Origin: Raja brachyura
Lineage: Eukaryota
NCBI GenBank assembly: GCA_963514005.1
Contig: OY740803.1
Coordinates: 13,702,001-13,766,000, forward strand
Direction of reading: 5' to 3'
DNA: 64,000 nucleotides
The position numbers were made by a program, and so were the translations under genes. The stretch's first letter is position 1. Every line of letters starts with the position of its first letter. The notes beneath the pieces are model-generated. The model had not been told where the DNA came from. It worked only from the letters and a program-made list of their open reading frames with translations, and made no database searches. Below are positions 49,478 through 62,997 of this stretch, piece after piece.

Positions 49478-49509
49478 ACTTCACGTATCCTACTTCACGT
49501 ATCTGGTTA

Positions 49510-49796
49510 GTTCAAATTAGAGATGCAGCGTGGAAACGGGCCCTTCAGCCCATTGAGCCCATGCCGACCAGCAATCACCACGTACACTAATCCTATCCTA
49601 CACACGAGGTACAATTTACAGAAGTCAAATAAATTACATATCCGCACGTCTTTTGAGTGTAGGAGAAAACTGGAGCGCCCGGAGGAAACCCACACAGCTG
49701 CGGTCGCAGGGAGAACGTACAAACTCCGTACAGACAGCATCCATAGTCAGGATCTGGCGCTGTAAGGTAGCAACTCTACCACTGCGCCACCGTGCT
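49510..49796 (-). mobile_element. HE1-type V-SINE
   Basis: Head, V-domain and tail. Confidence 0.85.
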
Positions 49797-50208
49797 ACAC
49801 GCCACTAAAATTTAATTCGAGAAAGTGGTTTGCTGCAATTGGTCATATAGAAATGTTTAACTTTTAAAAACTTGGTGAAGGCCAAATTTATATATGTTGT
49901 GGATCAACCAGATGTAACCAATCAGAGATAAATTTGATATACAGCATTTTAAAAATAAAATAACTGAATTTCCCCGAGAATACTGAATCCTCTCCAAAAG
50001 TGATGTATGATTTTGTTGCTCTGAACTCAGCATCTTAGCAATTATCATTTCTATTATCCTCTTTCTGTATGTTAACATTGGGCTGCTCCATTTTGTTTCA
50101 GCTATAGGCATAAGAGGACAACAAAAAAGATGCAGGAGTTTGTCCCTCAAGCCCGCTCTGCCAATCAATAGGATTATGGCCGATATGTTCCAGGCCTTCA
50201 CTCCTCTC

Positions 50209-50466
50209 TAGTTTATTTTAGAGATAGAACGCGGAAACAGGCAGGAAAACAGGAAACACGGGACAATTTACACTTATGCCAAGCCATTTAACCTACAAAC
50301 CTGTACGTCTTTGGAAGGGAACCGAGAAATCGGAGAAAACCCACACTGTCACGGGGAGAACGTACAAACGCCATACAGACAGCACCTGTAGTCACGGTCG
50401 ATCCCGGGTCTCCGAAGCTGCAAGCGCTGTAAGGCAGCAACTCTACCACTGTGCCACCGTGCCGCC
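50209..50466 (-). mobile_element. HE1-type V-SINE inserted in an old CR1
   Basis: Full head GGCGGCACGGTGGC, V-domain, internal deletion. Confidence 0.83.
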
Positions 50467-50984
50467 TTGCTGTGCTTAGTTCTGCAGAACTCACAAAACC
50501 CTGATCTTCTAAAATGTATCTGCTTCCTCTTTGAGAGGCTCCCAAAGATCGAGCTTCCACAACCTTAGATGATAAGAGAATTCAAGAGACTGACCACCCT
50601 CTGTGACAAGAAGGTCCTGTGTACCTCATTTTAAAATGGCTGCTCATTAATCTTATAGCTCTGTCCCCTTGTTCGAGATTCACCCACCTTTGGAAATACC
50701 CCAACATCTACTCTCATGTTTCATAAAGTTGCAGTAAAAATTATAGAGAAGTCTCCAGATTTGTTCCCTGTTTTAGTTTATTTCTGTTAAGCTGCTGCCA
50801 GCCAATCTAAAATTAGATTCAGTAGACTGAGATTTAGGACACCAATTAAATTAAGGTTCTGGTCTGCCGACTGCTGCAAAGTGTGCATTTGTGAATTGCA
50901 GACTCTGCACATATACCTCCCCACAGATAGAGTGTTAATGCGAATATCAGTGGATAGTTCTCAAATGTGATCACCAACAGAACA

Positions 50985-51570
50985 CATAAAGGTCATAAAG
51001 GATAGTAGAATTAGGCTATTCGGCCCATTCAACCAAAGCTGATCTATCACTACCGCCTAACCCCATTCTCCTGCCTTCTCCCCATAACCTCTGACACCCG
51101 TACTATTCAAGAATCTATCTATCTCTGCCTTAAAAATATCCGCTGACTTGGCCTCCATAGCCTTCTGTGGCAAAGAATTCCACAGATTCATCACCCTCTG
51201 ACTAAAAAAAATTCTCCTCATCCTCCTTCCTAAAAGAACGCCCTTTAATTCTGAGGCTATGACGTCTAGTCTTATACTCTCCCACTAGTGGAAACATCCC
51301 CTCCACATCCACTCTATCCAAGCCTTTCACTAATCTGTATGTTTCAATTAGGTCTTCCCTCATTCTGCTAAACCAGCGAGTACAGGCCCAGTGCTGACAA
51401 ACGCTCATCATCGGTTAACCTACTTATTCCTGGGATCATTCTTAAAAAATCCTCCTCTGGACCCTCTCCAAAGCCAGCACATCCTTCCTCAGATATGGTG
51501 CCCAGAACTGTTCACAATATTCCAAATGTGGCCTTATCGGCACCTTATAGAGCCTCAACATTACATCCCT
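50985..51570 (-). mobile_element. CR1 LINE 3' fragment
   Basis: [24 protein letters not shown] and EDLIETY..KGLDRVDVEGMFPLVGE. Confidence 0.88.
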
Positions 51571-53547
51571 TGCTGGAGGTTCAGTGATTATGGATGGGAA
51601 TTGTAATGCCTGGATCGGAGAAGGGTGTGAATTGAAGATAGAGGCATCTGAGGTACAGTGAAAAGCTTTTAACCATATAACCATATAACAATTACAGCAC
51701 GGAAACAGGCCATCTCGGCCCTTCAAGTCCGTGCCGAACAACTTTAACTTAAAAGAGATTAGATAAACTTAGTTTTCTTTGGAGCATATGGGGTGACTTG
51801 ATATAAAATCATGAGGCCCACATTGGCTAGATGCTCTTTTTCTCAGGGTGGAAACGTCAAGTCAAAACATCAATGTTTAATGTTTTATGTGTCATTCCTG
51901 TCACTGTATGTCACGTTGTCACTTGCAGGCGGAGCACCAAGGCAAATTCCTTGTATGTGAATACATGGCCAATAAACTTATTCATTCACACTCGAGGCCA
52001 TATATTTTAGCTGAAAGGGGGAAAGGTTAAAAGGAGATTTGCAAAATTATTTGTTTTAAATATACACAGACTGGAAGCCATCTCAATCATGGCACGAGAG
52101 GAGGTAAAAGTAGATAAAATAGTAACATTTAAGACACAGACACATGATTAAGCAAGGACTAAAGGTATTTATTTGGCCCTTGTGAAGGTCAATGGCATTT
52201 GTTTAATTTTGTATTGTGGTTAGTGTAGACATGGTGGATCAAAGGGCCAGTTCTTATGCTGTACGGTTATGTATTCCATGTTATACATTATACTGATTGC
52301 TCATGCCCACATTCTCCTAAATTTTTCTCCATATCTCACAACGCTTGAGTTTTTGCTGGAGACAAGAGTCTGCAGATGTTAGAATTTGCATCAACTCATC
52401 TGTTGGAGGAATTCAGCAGGTCATGCAGCATTTGTGGAAGGAAATCGACCTTTTGGATCAGAACCAACCACAGACGATGCACAACTTGCTTTTCCTACTC
52501 TTGGGACCACCAACAAATCTTGGCTGCCTTCATGCACTTGGTGACATGCAAGGAATCAAAATACTCAGTAGGTTTCACAGTTATCATGGAGGGAAAAAGC
52601 ATCAATGTATAGTCTACCCTCATTATTACGGACTCCTTTATAACAGATTTATGTTATAGCGGACGGAGCATCAATGCTTTAATCAGACACCATCAGACAC
52701 TTTTGTTGCATTCTGGACCCAAACTCAGGCACTGGGGCAGAAGCTTGTTCCGTTCATCGCTCTCTCCCACCTTTATTGTTATCTACACTCTGATGAAGCG
52801 TCCCTCATCTGAGACATTAACCATATCTTTTTACACAGATGCTATCTGACATTGGCACAGTTTTTCTTATACCACAAATAAGGCCCCATAATCCTACCAT
52901 TAACAACAAGTTACTCTGAAGCATAATGTGCTGGGCCATTCGGCCCAATGGCCTACTCCTTCACCTATTGTCCACTGTAACTGCCCCCATTGAAGCCATT
53001 TCATCTATCACTGTTCTAGACTTTCCTTATTCTGAAAAATCTTCCCCCACCTCCTACTCTTACTGAAAACTAAGTTTTATCTTTCTCTCCAGATTCAGGG
53101 ACAGCTTCTTCCCAGCTATTATCAGGCTACTGAATAATCCTAACACAACTAGAGAGCAGTGCTGAACAACTGTCTACCTCATTGGTGACCCTCACACAAT
53201 CTTTGATTGGACTTTACTGGCTTTACCTTTCATTAAATGATATTTACACTGTAAATGGATCGATTGTAAGCATGTATTGTCTTTCTGCTGACTGGTTAGC
53301 ACGCAACAAAAACTTTTCACTGTACACGTGACAATAAATTAAACTAAACTGTTTCAGTTCTGGTGAAGTGTTGCAGATCTGAAACATTGAAAGCTTCTCT
53401 TGCCACAGATGCTGCCCGACTCTTGAGTTTTCCTCGCATGTTCAGCTTTTATTTCAGATTTCCAAAATCTGCAGTTTAAAAAAAATGTATTTGGTTCTAA
53501 TTCTTACTTTCTAATAATCCCTTTTCTAACCTGTTCACACATCCATC

Positions 53548-53625
53548 TTATTTGATTGTGCACACCGGGTTGATTGCAATCGTTGAAACAGGGCGGACCA
53601 CGTGAAGGTTGCAATCTTCCACCCC
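53548..53625 (-). mobile_element. 78-bp retroposed fragment (LINE 3' UTR-like)
   Basis: 14-bp TSD TTCACACATCCATC (53534-53547, 53626-53639); a homologous longer copy lies at ~46146-46270 on the plus strand. Confidence 0.75.
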
Positions 53626-54499
53626 TTCACACATCCATCAAGTCTCAGCACTACTCAAATCCCAAATTGACACAATAGTGCTGGAGTAACTCAGTCAGTC
53701 AGGCATCATCTCAGGGGAACATGGATTAGGTGATGTTACGGGACAAGACCCTTCTCCAGACTGATTGTAGGGGGAGAGAAGAAAGCTGGAAGAGGGCAGA
53801 GGCAGGACAAAATGAGGCAGGCAAGGAGGGGGGGGGGGGGGGGTAGAGGCAGATGAGGGACCCTTCATCAGACCAAAGAAAGAGAGAAACAGGTGAGTGT
53901 AGATAGCAATGAAGGTGGGAGAGAGCGATGAATGGAACAAGCTTCTGCCCGAGTTTGGGTCCCTAAGTTAACAAAAGCTCGTCACCGTACCTCGGTACAC
54001 ATGACAATAAACTAAAGGGGGATTTCTCTGATTAGTTTATTGTCACGTGTACCGAGGTACAGTGGCGAGCTTTTGTTGACTTAGGGGGATTTCTCTGATA
54101 GAGTGAAATCATGCGGCAGGCGTGAATCCTAAAAGAATCTTTTCACATTAGTGTGGTTTGTTACAAGTATAGTAAACCCTCGCATGAACAGACCTCAGGT
54201 GGGAAGATGATGTCCTCTGTTGCCAATTGTCCGCTGTAACTGAGTGAGGGGGAGTAAAGTTTAACCCAAGGCTGGGAGGGACGAAACACTATGTTCTGGG
54301 AAGGGAGGGGGGATAAACAAGTGGTAATTCACAGGCCGGGACTGTGCGCCAGGAATGCAGAGCCCCCGGTCCCACATAAGGTGCGCCAGGGATGGTTCCA
54401 GCACCCACGGCATCATCACGCTGCTCACTCTCACTGCTCCCGCAACTGGAAGCTCATCACATGATGTCAGCTCTCTGGGTAACTGGCAGGAGTGGGAGA

Positions 54500-54688
54500 T
54501 GATGTATACACACGGCTGTAATGTCTACATGGTGAAACCAAAGTGTATAAAAATACCCTTTAATAAAATCTGACAATGTGCACTTTGACCACATGTGATT
54601 TTTTTGTATTACAAATCTCAAATTGTGGAGTACAGAGGCAAATAAATAAATGATGGGTCTTTGTCCCAAACATTATGGAGCGCTCTGT
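54500..54688. mobile_element. Tc1/mariner-type terminal fragment
   Basis: Ends ...GTCCCAAACATTATGGAGCGCTCTG|TA, a CAG-type Tc1 terminus followed by TA; other end not found. Confidence 0.6.
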
Positions 54689-56289
54689 ATATACAGCTCT
54701 GTTATTACAATGGTTTACCGTAGTAATTAATAAACCTTCAACATGTGCAGTTCCAGGACTCTAAGCACATCTTAAAATGTTAAGAAACCTGTCGCCTACA
54801 ACAATCCCGTGCTTTGATTAATCTCTCGGGCGGTAAAAGAAAGTGATTTATTTCTGCTGCGTAAACACGAAACACTTCAAAGCAGTTGTTGCTTTCTGAC
54901 CCTGTTTGTTACCCTCCTCCGGCTATTATCTGCAAGGCTGATGTTAGTCATTAAACTGCAGTTGGACTGCAAATCTCAGAATATTCATGATCTGCCACCT
55001 TTGGGCAGAAAATAAATCAAATTGCTCCAAATGCTCCCTTAAGTAGACCATTACAAAATGCAAAATAAAATGGAGAATTAATAAATATGTTCAAACTTGT
55101 CCCTGAAACTAAAAGAAAGCAAGTCTTGACTTCATGTTCCTCTTTACACATTGCAATCTGTTAAACACAATTAGTTTCAGAAAAAAATAATGATTCAAAA
55201 CAGGAAGTATCAGCCAATTTATTTTTGCTTTCAAAAGCACAGGAAGTAATGTGAAGATATAATGTTCATGTAATAGTTCAGTGTAATGATAATAAAGTAT
55301 CTTTCTGTAAAATAAATGGTGATCTTGCAAGAGTGTGACGTCTCTTCTCAGAGATGGACCTACTACCATCCCATACGACCGCTCTATTCTTTTATATCTA
55401 TTTACTCACTGCAAGTACTATTTCTAAATGTTCCAATGATATTTTCCCCTTTTCTCTATTTATGTACAGTATGTGACCTGTTTGGATAGCGTGCAAACCA
55501 CAGCTTTTCACTGTACCTCGGCACATGTGACAATAATAAGCCTAACATAAACCATAACTGAGGAGAGATCTATGCCTGGTGAGGTACAAGTGCACAGGAG
55601 CTAGAAAGGGAAGAATAAATAGGAGAGATGTGAATACACACAGGGGTGAGTTACACGCTGATTCTACCGTACTCTCAGCTGTGGACTTTCACAGAGTACA
55701 ATAAGAAAGATGTAGAGCAAGCACACGGAAATACTCAGTACATTGTGTGGACTTGCAGAAAAAATGTCCTCAATGCATTACTGCAGCAGTAGGATGCAGC
55801 TTGCACGTGGTTAGCTCCAGCAGCAGCTTTTTCCACCTACACACAATCTAACTGGCAGTAAATACAAAATGCTGGTGATGCAGCATCTATCGAGAGAAGG
55901 ATTGGGTGACATCTCCACACTAAACCTCACCCATTCCTTCTCTCCATAGATTTTGCCTCACCCACTGAGTTTCTCCAGCATTTTGTGTGTTCCTTCTATT
56001 TTATCCAGCATCTGCAGTTCTTTCTCACACATCTACCTGGCAGTGTCCAACATACTGCAGCCTCCATCAAAGGTCAGAGTGTTGTATTGGAAGCGCAAAT
56101 TGCTGCCTTCACGACCTTTGTTGCCATTGATCAAAATGGTTCCCTGGTCGTCACAGCAATCGATTCCACTAAACATATGTTTGCTACTTGCAACCCTGGG
56201 ACAGGGGCAGCAACTCCATCAAAAATGTTTCCTCTCCATTAAAAATGTTTTCTCTCAGGAATAACGGCTATTGTCACCTCTAGCCTACC

Positions 56290-59200
56290 CTTGTTGTGAC
56301 GCCTATACTTCCTCTGTTCTGGACTTCATCAACTCCACCATCAACAATGTCACCACTCTCAAACAAATCACCACATACCCGAATCAGAAGCCATGGATGA
56401 ACAGTGAGTTCAGGCTACTGCTGAAAGCATGGGACTCGGCTTTCAGGTCAGGCGATGCCCGTGCCTATAGTTCATCGAGGGCCAATCTCAAGAGGGGCAT
56501 CAAGAACGGCAAACACAGATACAAGCTGCGGATCGAGGAGCACTTCGACAGCAACTCCAACCCCGGATGCATGTGGCATGGCACCCAGGCCATCACTGAC
56601 TACAGAGCCACCAACTCCACCCCCACTTCCAGCGACGCATCCTTCCTCGAGGAACTCAATCACTTCTGTGGCCGCTTTGGACCTCAGGACCTGTGCTGCA
56701 CAGCAGACGTCTGGACTGACATCTTCAACCTGTCACTTGCCCAGGCAGTTGTCCCCACATGCCTTAAAACTACCTCCATCGTGCCGGTGCCAAAACACTC
56801 CACTGCGGCAAGCCTCAACGACTTCCGCCCACTCACCCCTATCATCGCCAAGTGCTTCGAAAGGCTGGTCATGGCACACCTCAAATTCTGCCTACCTCCC
56901 ACTTTGGACCCCTACCAGTTTGCATACCGCAAGAACAGGAGCACGGAGGATGCCATCTCAACGGCACTTCACTCCGCCCTCTCCCACCTCGACAACAGAA
57001 ACACTTATGTGAGAATGCTGTTCATTGACTACAGCTCAGCATTCAACATCTTTATCCCCTCTAAATTGATTGCCAAACTCGATGATCTGGGCATCAACCC
57101 CTCCCTCTGCAATTGGTTACTGGACTTTCTAACCAACAGACCACAGTCTGTTATAAATCCCACAGAATACAAAGAGCTCATCTGAATAAACCCAAAGTAG
57201 TAGGGGGATTAGCACTCCCCAACTTTATGAATTACTACTGGTCTATAAATATCAGAAACATGATCCAATTGCTGGATAACTCACCCCAGCAACCGGATTG
57301 GACGATTATGGAGAAAGAGGATTGCTCTCCTTATAATATTGGAGCAATCCTTCTCTCTCCAATATCGATGAATAATATATATTACAACAATAATCCAATT
57401 ATATATAGTGCAATTAGAATTTGAAAACAAATAAAACACAATTTAAAATTAAGAAATTTATCTCTCTTATCTCCTATCGGTAAAAAACCCTCATTTAAAC
57501 CTTCAACTATAGATAATGCATTTATACAATGGGAAAGAGCTGGAATTAAAATCTTCGGAGATGTGTATGAATTGGGAAAACTATTATCATTTAAACAAAT
57601 ACAACTAAAATACAATTTGGGAAACAATCAGTATTTTAAATATTTCCAAATCTGTGACTATCTGAAAAAATATGCACAAGATTATCACAATATGCCTCCA
57701 GACTTACTGGAAGAAGTAATGAACACAAAGGAAGAATCAGCAAACCTAATATCATATATATATAATATTATTCTAAATGCAGAAATACCAACAGATGGTA
57801 TCAGGAGAGACTGGGAAAAATAATTAAGTGTAAAAATTCGCAAAGAAAGGTGGGAAGAATATTTATTATATGTGCATAAATGTTCAATTAATGTAAGACA
57901 CACCTTAATACAATTTAAAATCTTACACAGATTATACTATTCAAAAATTAAAATAAGTAAACTTTTTCCCAACGTCTCACCTATATGTGATAAATGTCAA
58001 TGTCAAGAAGCTAATATAGCACACTCATTTGTCTTTTGTACAAAAATTCAAACATTTTGGACTGACATTATTGAAATTTTCACAAAAATATTTAAAATAA
58101 AACTGATTCCAAAAGCAGACTGGATTATCTTCGGGATATCGGAAGATAGCCCTTAACTAAATGTGTTTCAAAAGACTCTATTTGAATATGGCTTAATAAC
58201 TGGAAAGAAGCTAATCTTAAAATTCTGGAAAAATTCTCCTATACCAACAGTTAATATGTGGATTTCAACTATGTTCAAAACACTACATTTGGAAGATATG
58301 AGACTCCGACTAGCAGGAAAATCAGACTGTTTCTATAAGACGTGGTCTGCATTTATAAATCTATTACAAGGATAAGGTGCAAGAATACCTCAAAAAAGTA
58401 CTGGTGTCGGGTCTTGGTAAAGGGGGAAGAAAATCTGTCGAGTTGGTAGATTCCTTTTGCGAGATGTTTATAATAAAGTAACTGGCATTTCTTCTTTCTT
58501 TCTCTATCTTTCCCTTTTTCTTTTCTTTTCCTCTCCAGGGTCTATCTCTTAATCTCCGGTCTCTAACTCTTCAAGGGTTTCCTTTCCCTATGTCACGCTT
58601 TTGCCCTTTCACATCTCTTTTTCACTTTTCTACTTTCTTTGCTGGTATTTCTCTCTCTTTTCTCTCTTTTCCAAAGCCTTAAAAAAAAATTAAAGGGTAC
58701 AATGACTGTAATACAATATAAGGGATGTACACTGATGTAACTTACGGTACCTCTAATAAATAAAGATATTTAATTTTTTTTTTAATTGATCGCCAAACTC
58801 GATGACCTGGGCATCAACCCCTCCCTCTGCAATTGGTTACTGGACTTTCTAACCAACAGACCACAGTCTGTTAGGTTGGATAACCACTCCTCTTCTACCC
58901 TCACCCTGAACACTGGCGTACCCCAGGGCTGCGTGCTGAGCCCCCTCCTCTACTCCCTCTTCACCTACGACTGCATACCTGTACATGGTACCAACACCAT
59001 CATCAAATATGCAGATGACACGACAGTGATTGGCCTCATCAGCAACAACGATGAGTCGGCCTACAGGGAGGAGGTTCAGCTCCTAACAGCATGGTGTGCC
59101 GACAATAACCTGGCCCTCAACTGCAAGAAGACCAAGGAGCTCATTGTGGACTTCAGGAGATCGAGAGGCTGCACGCACAACCCCATCCGTATCAACGGGA

Positions 59201-59890
59201 CGGAGGTGGAACGTGTCTCCAGCTTCAGGTTCCTGGGGGTCAACATCTCCGATGACCTCTCCTGGACCCACACCCATCAAGAAGGCTCACCATCGTCTCT
59301 TCTTCCTGAGGAGACTTAAGAAGGTCCACCTGTCTGCCCAGATTCTGGTGAACTTCTACCGCTGCACCATCGACAGCATCCTTACCAACTGCGTCACAGT
59401 ATGGTATGGTAACTGCTCTGTCACCGACCGGAAAGCACTGCAGAGGGTGGTGAAGATCGCCCAACGCATCACAGGCTCCTCACTCCCCTCCATTGGGTCT
59501 GTCCATAGTAAATGATGCCTGCGCAGGGCGCACAGCATCGCCAGGGACAGCTCACGTCCCAACCATAGACTGTTTTCCCTCCTCCCATCCGGGTGACGCT
59601 ACAGTCCCTCCACTGCCGTACCAGCAGGCTCAAGAACAGCTTCTTCCCTGCGGCTGTCACACATCTCAACGCTGCACCTCAATGACTGCCTACCTCCACC
59701 CCCCCCCCCGGACTATCCAATCACCTGCAAATTGCACGGTTACCACTGTATATGTATAGGTGTATATACTCATACTACTGCGCAATTACTTGTTTATTCG
59801 TAAGTTCGCCCTTCGGAGATAACAACTGCATTTTGTTGTCTCTGTATTATACACTGCACAATGACAATTAAAGATTGAATTGAATTGTAT
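56290..59890 (+). mobile_element. Rex1/Babar-type LINE, 5'-truncated, degenerate, interrupted by L1
   Basis: [58 protein letters not shown]; frameshifts and an internal deletion near 56680; (ATTGA)n tail. Confidence 0.9.
57154..58783 (+). mobile_element. L1/Tx1-clade LINE 3' fragment (ORF2 C-terminus and 3' UTR) nested in Rex1
   Basis: GGLALPNF..YYW, IQFKILHRLY, CCHC knuckle CDKC..EANIAHSFVFC; in-frame stops; pyrimidine-rich 3' UTR with AATAAA; flanked by a 90-bp duplication. Confidence 0.9.
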
Positions 59891-60179
59891 TGAATTGTGG
59901 CATGATGCTGCAGCCTTCTGTCCTCTTAGCCGCTCAAGGTCACAGTCTAAAGCCAACCGCAATGTCCTCCACCGAGGGTCAGCAAACGTGCATTGGCCTT
60001 GTAGTAGCCACAGGGTAGCATCTTGAGCAAGCACCACTTCAGACAAGGAATTACGGAGCTTACTTACCACAGTATCCACAAGCAATGATTTTTATTCACA
60101 GAATGAAGTAAATTAATTTTGAAATTTGGAGTGGTTATGCTGTGTGCTGCTCGGATGAAGATGGTGTAAAGGTTTCATT

Positions 60180-60477
60180 TATTTTAGTTTAGAGATACAG
60201 CGCGAAAACAGGCCCCTTTTGGCCCACCGAGTCCTCGCCGACCAGCGATCACTGCACACGAGCCCTATCGTACACATTAGGTCAATTATACAATTTTTAC
60301 AAAAGCCAATTAAGCTACAAACCTGTACGTCTTTGGAATGTGTGCGGAAACCGGAGCACCCGGGGAAAATCCACGTGGTCACGGGGAGAACGTACAAACA
60401 GCACCCATAGTCAGGATCGAACCCGGGTCTTGGGCTCAGTAAGGTAGCAACTCTACCGCTGCACCATCTTGCCGCCC
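60180..60477 (-). mobile_element. HE1-type V-SINE followed by a partial duplicate (60505-60580)
   Basis: Head, V-domain and tail. Confidence 0.87.
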
Positions 60478-61265
60478 AGTTGGTCAAAACTTTTGTCAGG
60501 CATTTGAACGTACAAACTCCGTGCAGACAGCAAACGTAGTCAGGAAGGCAAAAACTACCGCTGCGCCACTGTGCCGTCCCTTAAGGTTATTGATACAGAA
60601 TATGGGACCATTAGCAAATGGGGTGCAGTTGTGAGGTGACTGGAATTGCTCACTAACTATTTGATTCCAGAGTGTTTCATCAATCCTGTTCTGCTTTTTG
60701 TTCTATTTCTGTCTCTTCTACTTTCTACTCCTTCAATTGTTGCCTTCAGTAGGCAGGAACAGTATCTGTTCCGTCATGACGGCTAGTTTATGCAGTAATG
60801 GAAGATAAAAACAGGAAAAAACTGAAACTGGAACAGAGCATGCAACCACAAAAGTCGAAACTCACTCAGCAAACTAGATGAAATAAACTAATTTCAAAAA
60901 ATTGTTCAAAAAATCCCAGGTGCTGGAAATTTGAAAGAAAATGAAATGCTGGAAACACTCAACAGGGCAGACAGCATCTGCAGAGGAGGAAACAGAATTA
61001 CGTTTACATATTCTGTTGTGGTGCAGCAAGAATTGCATTGTCCCAGAATCGGAATGGCATAGTGGAATAGCTGCCTCACAGTACCCCAAACCCAGGTTTG
61101 ATCCTGACCCCAGGTGCTGTCTGTGAGGAGTTTGCATGTTGCCCCTGTGACTGCTTGGGTTTCCTTGGGATGCTCCGGTTTCCTCCCACATCCCTTTATC
61201 CTTTACTCTGGCCAGATGGCAAGGTGGTGTGAGAGCAGATGTGTGGGGAATGGGTGAGGTATGTG

Positions 61266-62033
61266 TGTTAATCCTGGCCAAATTGGAGGGGCCACGACTT
61301 TAAAATGGGGTAAACGCGTCAGGCCTGCTGGGAGATTTGGTCAATTTAGAAGTGCTCTCTGCAGAACTGGGACAAGCTGCGGAGTGGTGCCAGTGTATCT
61401 AGAGCCTAGATACAAGCTGTAGGAAAAGAATAAAACATCTGCAGACCCTGTCAATTAGGTGCAAAATGCATAGAATGGAATGGATGACTGCAAACCAGAC
61501 ATTCACCTTGTAAATAATTGTAAATAATGTTGCAGTTTTACTTTGCCGAGTGTTGATTGGATGAGGTATTGAGCCTTGTCTGGGTTTCTTGCAGATCAGG
61601 GTAAATGTTGCTAAGTTTGCTTCCTTGAGAAGTCCTGTTTGAATATAATGAATTAGCTGCTGTATTATTGGGTTTGGTAAATGTGTGTACGTATGGGGTT
61701 AATCGATATCTGTAATTGGACTGTGAAGAGACCACCGACATGTGTTTTGGCCATTTGAGGTCCCGGGACCTATAAAAGTCCACTGGCACGAGGTCCTGTG
61801 TCGATCTTCAGGGAGAGCGCTTGGGACTGTGTGACCTTCTGAAGTGTTTCTGTTTGAGCGAGGCCTAGAAGACTTGATCAGGCAGATACGAGGATCGAAC
61901 CCGCGGTGGGATAGTTACAGTAGTTGAACTGTAATTGTGTTTTGTCAAAATAAAGATTTGTTGATCAAGTGCTTGATTCAGTGATTTTTGACTGAAACTA
62001 GACTGGGGGGAAGCTTAGAACGAGTAATTTACA
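61266..62033 (+). mobile_element. Solo LTR, same family as 5335-6105, 768 bp
   Basis: TGTTAA...TTTACA termini; 4-bp TSD TGTG (61262-61265, 62034-62037); TATAAAA 61771-61777; AATAAA 61949-61954. Confidence 0.88.
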
Positions 62034-62382
62034 TGTGCTGGAGCTCTATCAATTATGGTAGAGGTGAAGCTACAGTTAAGGAGAATGGAAGACATTTTAA
62101 AGGCATTGTGTGGAAAGTCTCATCTTCAGAGTAGATCCAGTGCCTTCTTTAATTCTTCCAGCTGCATCCCAACTTGCCACAACATTTTGGTCATGTTATA
62201 ACTCTTACTCTTATGGCCAGAAATGGCCCAGGTCTTACGTCATTGCATCAAAACACTCATTGCCGTCAATTTCTCCACTGTTGAATTCTACCTTTGGGTT
62301 TCCTTGCCATAGTCTCCCAATTCAATCTCTGTTCTACTCGACATGTGTCCTCCATCCACAGTGTCATCAGTAAGAGACAAGC

Positions 62383-62997
62383 GGGCTGGCACGGTGGCGC
62401 AGCGGTAGAGTTGCTGCCTTACAGCGCTTGCAGCGCCAGAGACCCGGGTTCCATCCTGACTACGGGTGCTGTCTGTGTATGGAGTTTGTACGTTCTGCCC
62501 GACAACGTGTGGGTTTTCTCCGAGATCTTCGGTTTCCTCCCACACTCCAAAGTCGTGCAGGTTTGTAGGTTAATTGGCTTGGGTTTGTATACTTGGTATA
62601 CAGTAAGTGTAAATTGTCCCTCGTGTGTGTAGGCTTGTGTTAATGTGCAGGGATCGCTGGTCGGTGCGGACTCGGTGGGCCATAGGGCCTGTTTCTGCGC
62701 TGTATCTCTGAACCAATCGAATAGATCTTCCAACTATTTTTTACAAACACTTTGGTGTCTGTACGGAGCTTCTAGGTTCTCCCCGCGACCTGCGTGGGTT
62801 TTCTCCAAGATCTTCGGTTTCCACCCACACTCCAAAGATGTACAGGTTTGTAAGTTAATTGGCGTGTAATAAGTGTAAATTGTCCCCGGTGTGTGTGTAG
62901 GATAGTGTTAATGTGCGGGGATCGCTGGTCGGTGAGGACTACGTGGGCCGAAGGGCCTGGTTCTGTGCTGTATCTCTAAACTAAAAACGAAACTAAA
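62383..62997 (+). mobile_element. Two tandem HE1-type V-SINEs (62383-62712 complete; 62755-62997 headless)
   Basis: Two V-domains and tails in direct orientation. Confidence 0.87.

Noticed and set aside
5335-62033. One giant 57-kb LTR element bounded by the two LTRs
   Set aside because: Each LTR has its own TSD, no PBS or internal gag-pol follows, and host exons lie between them.
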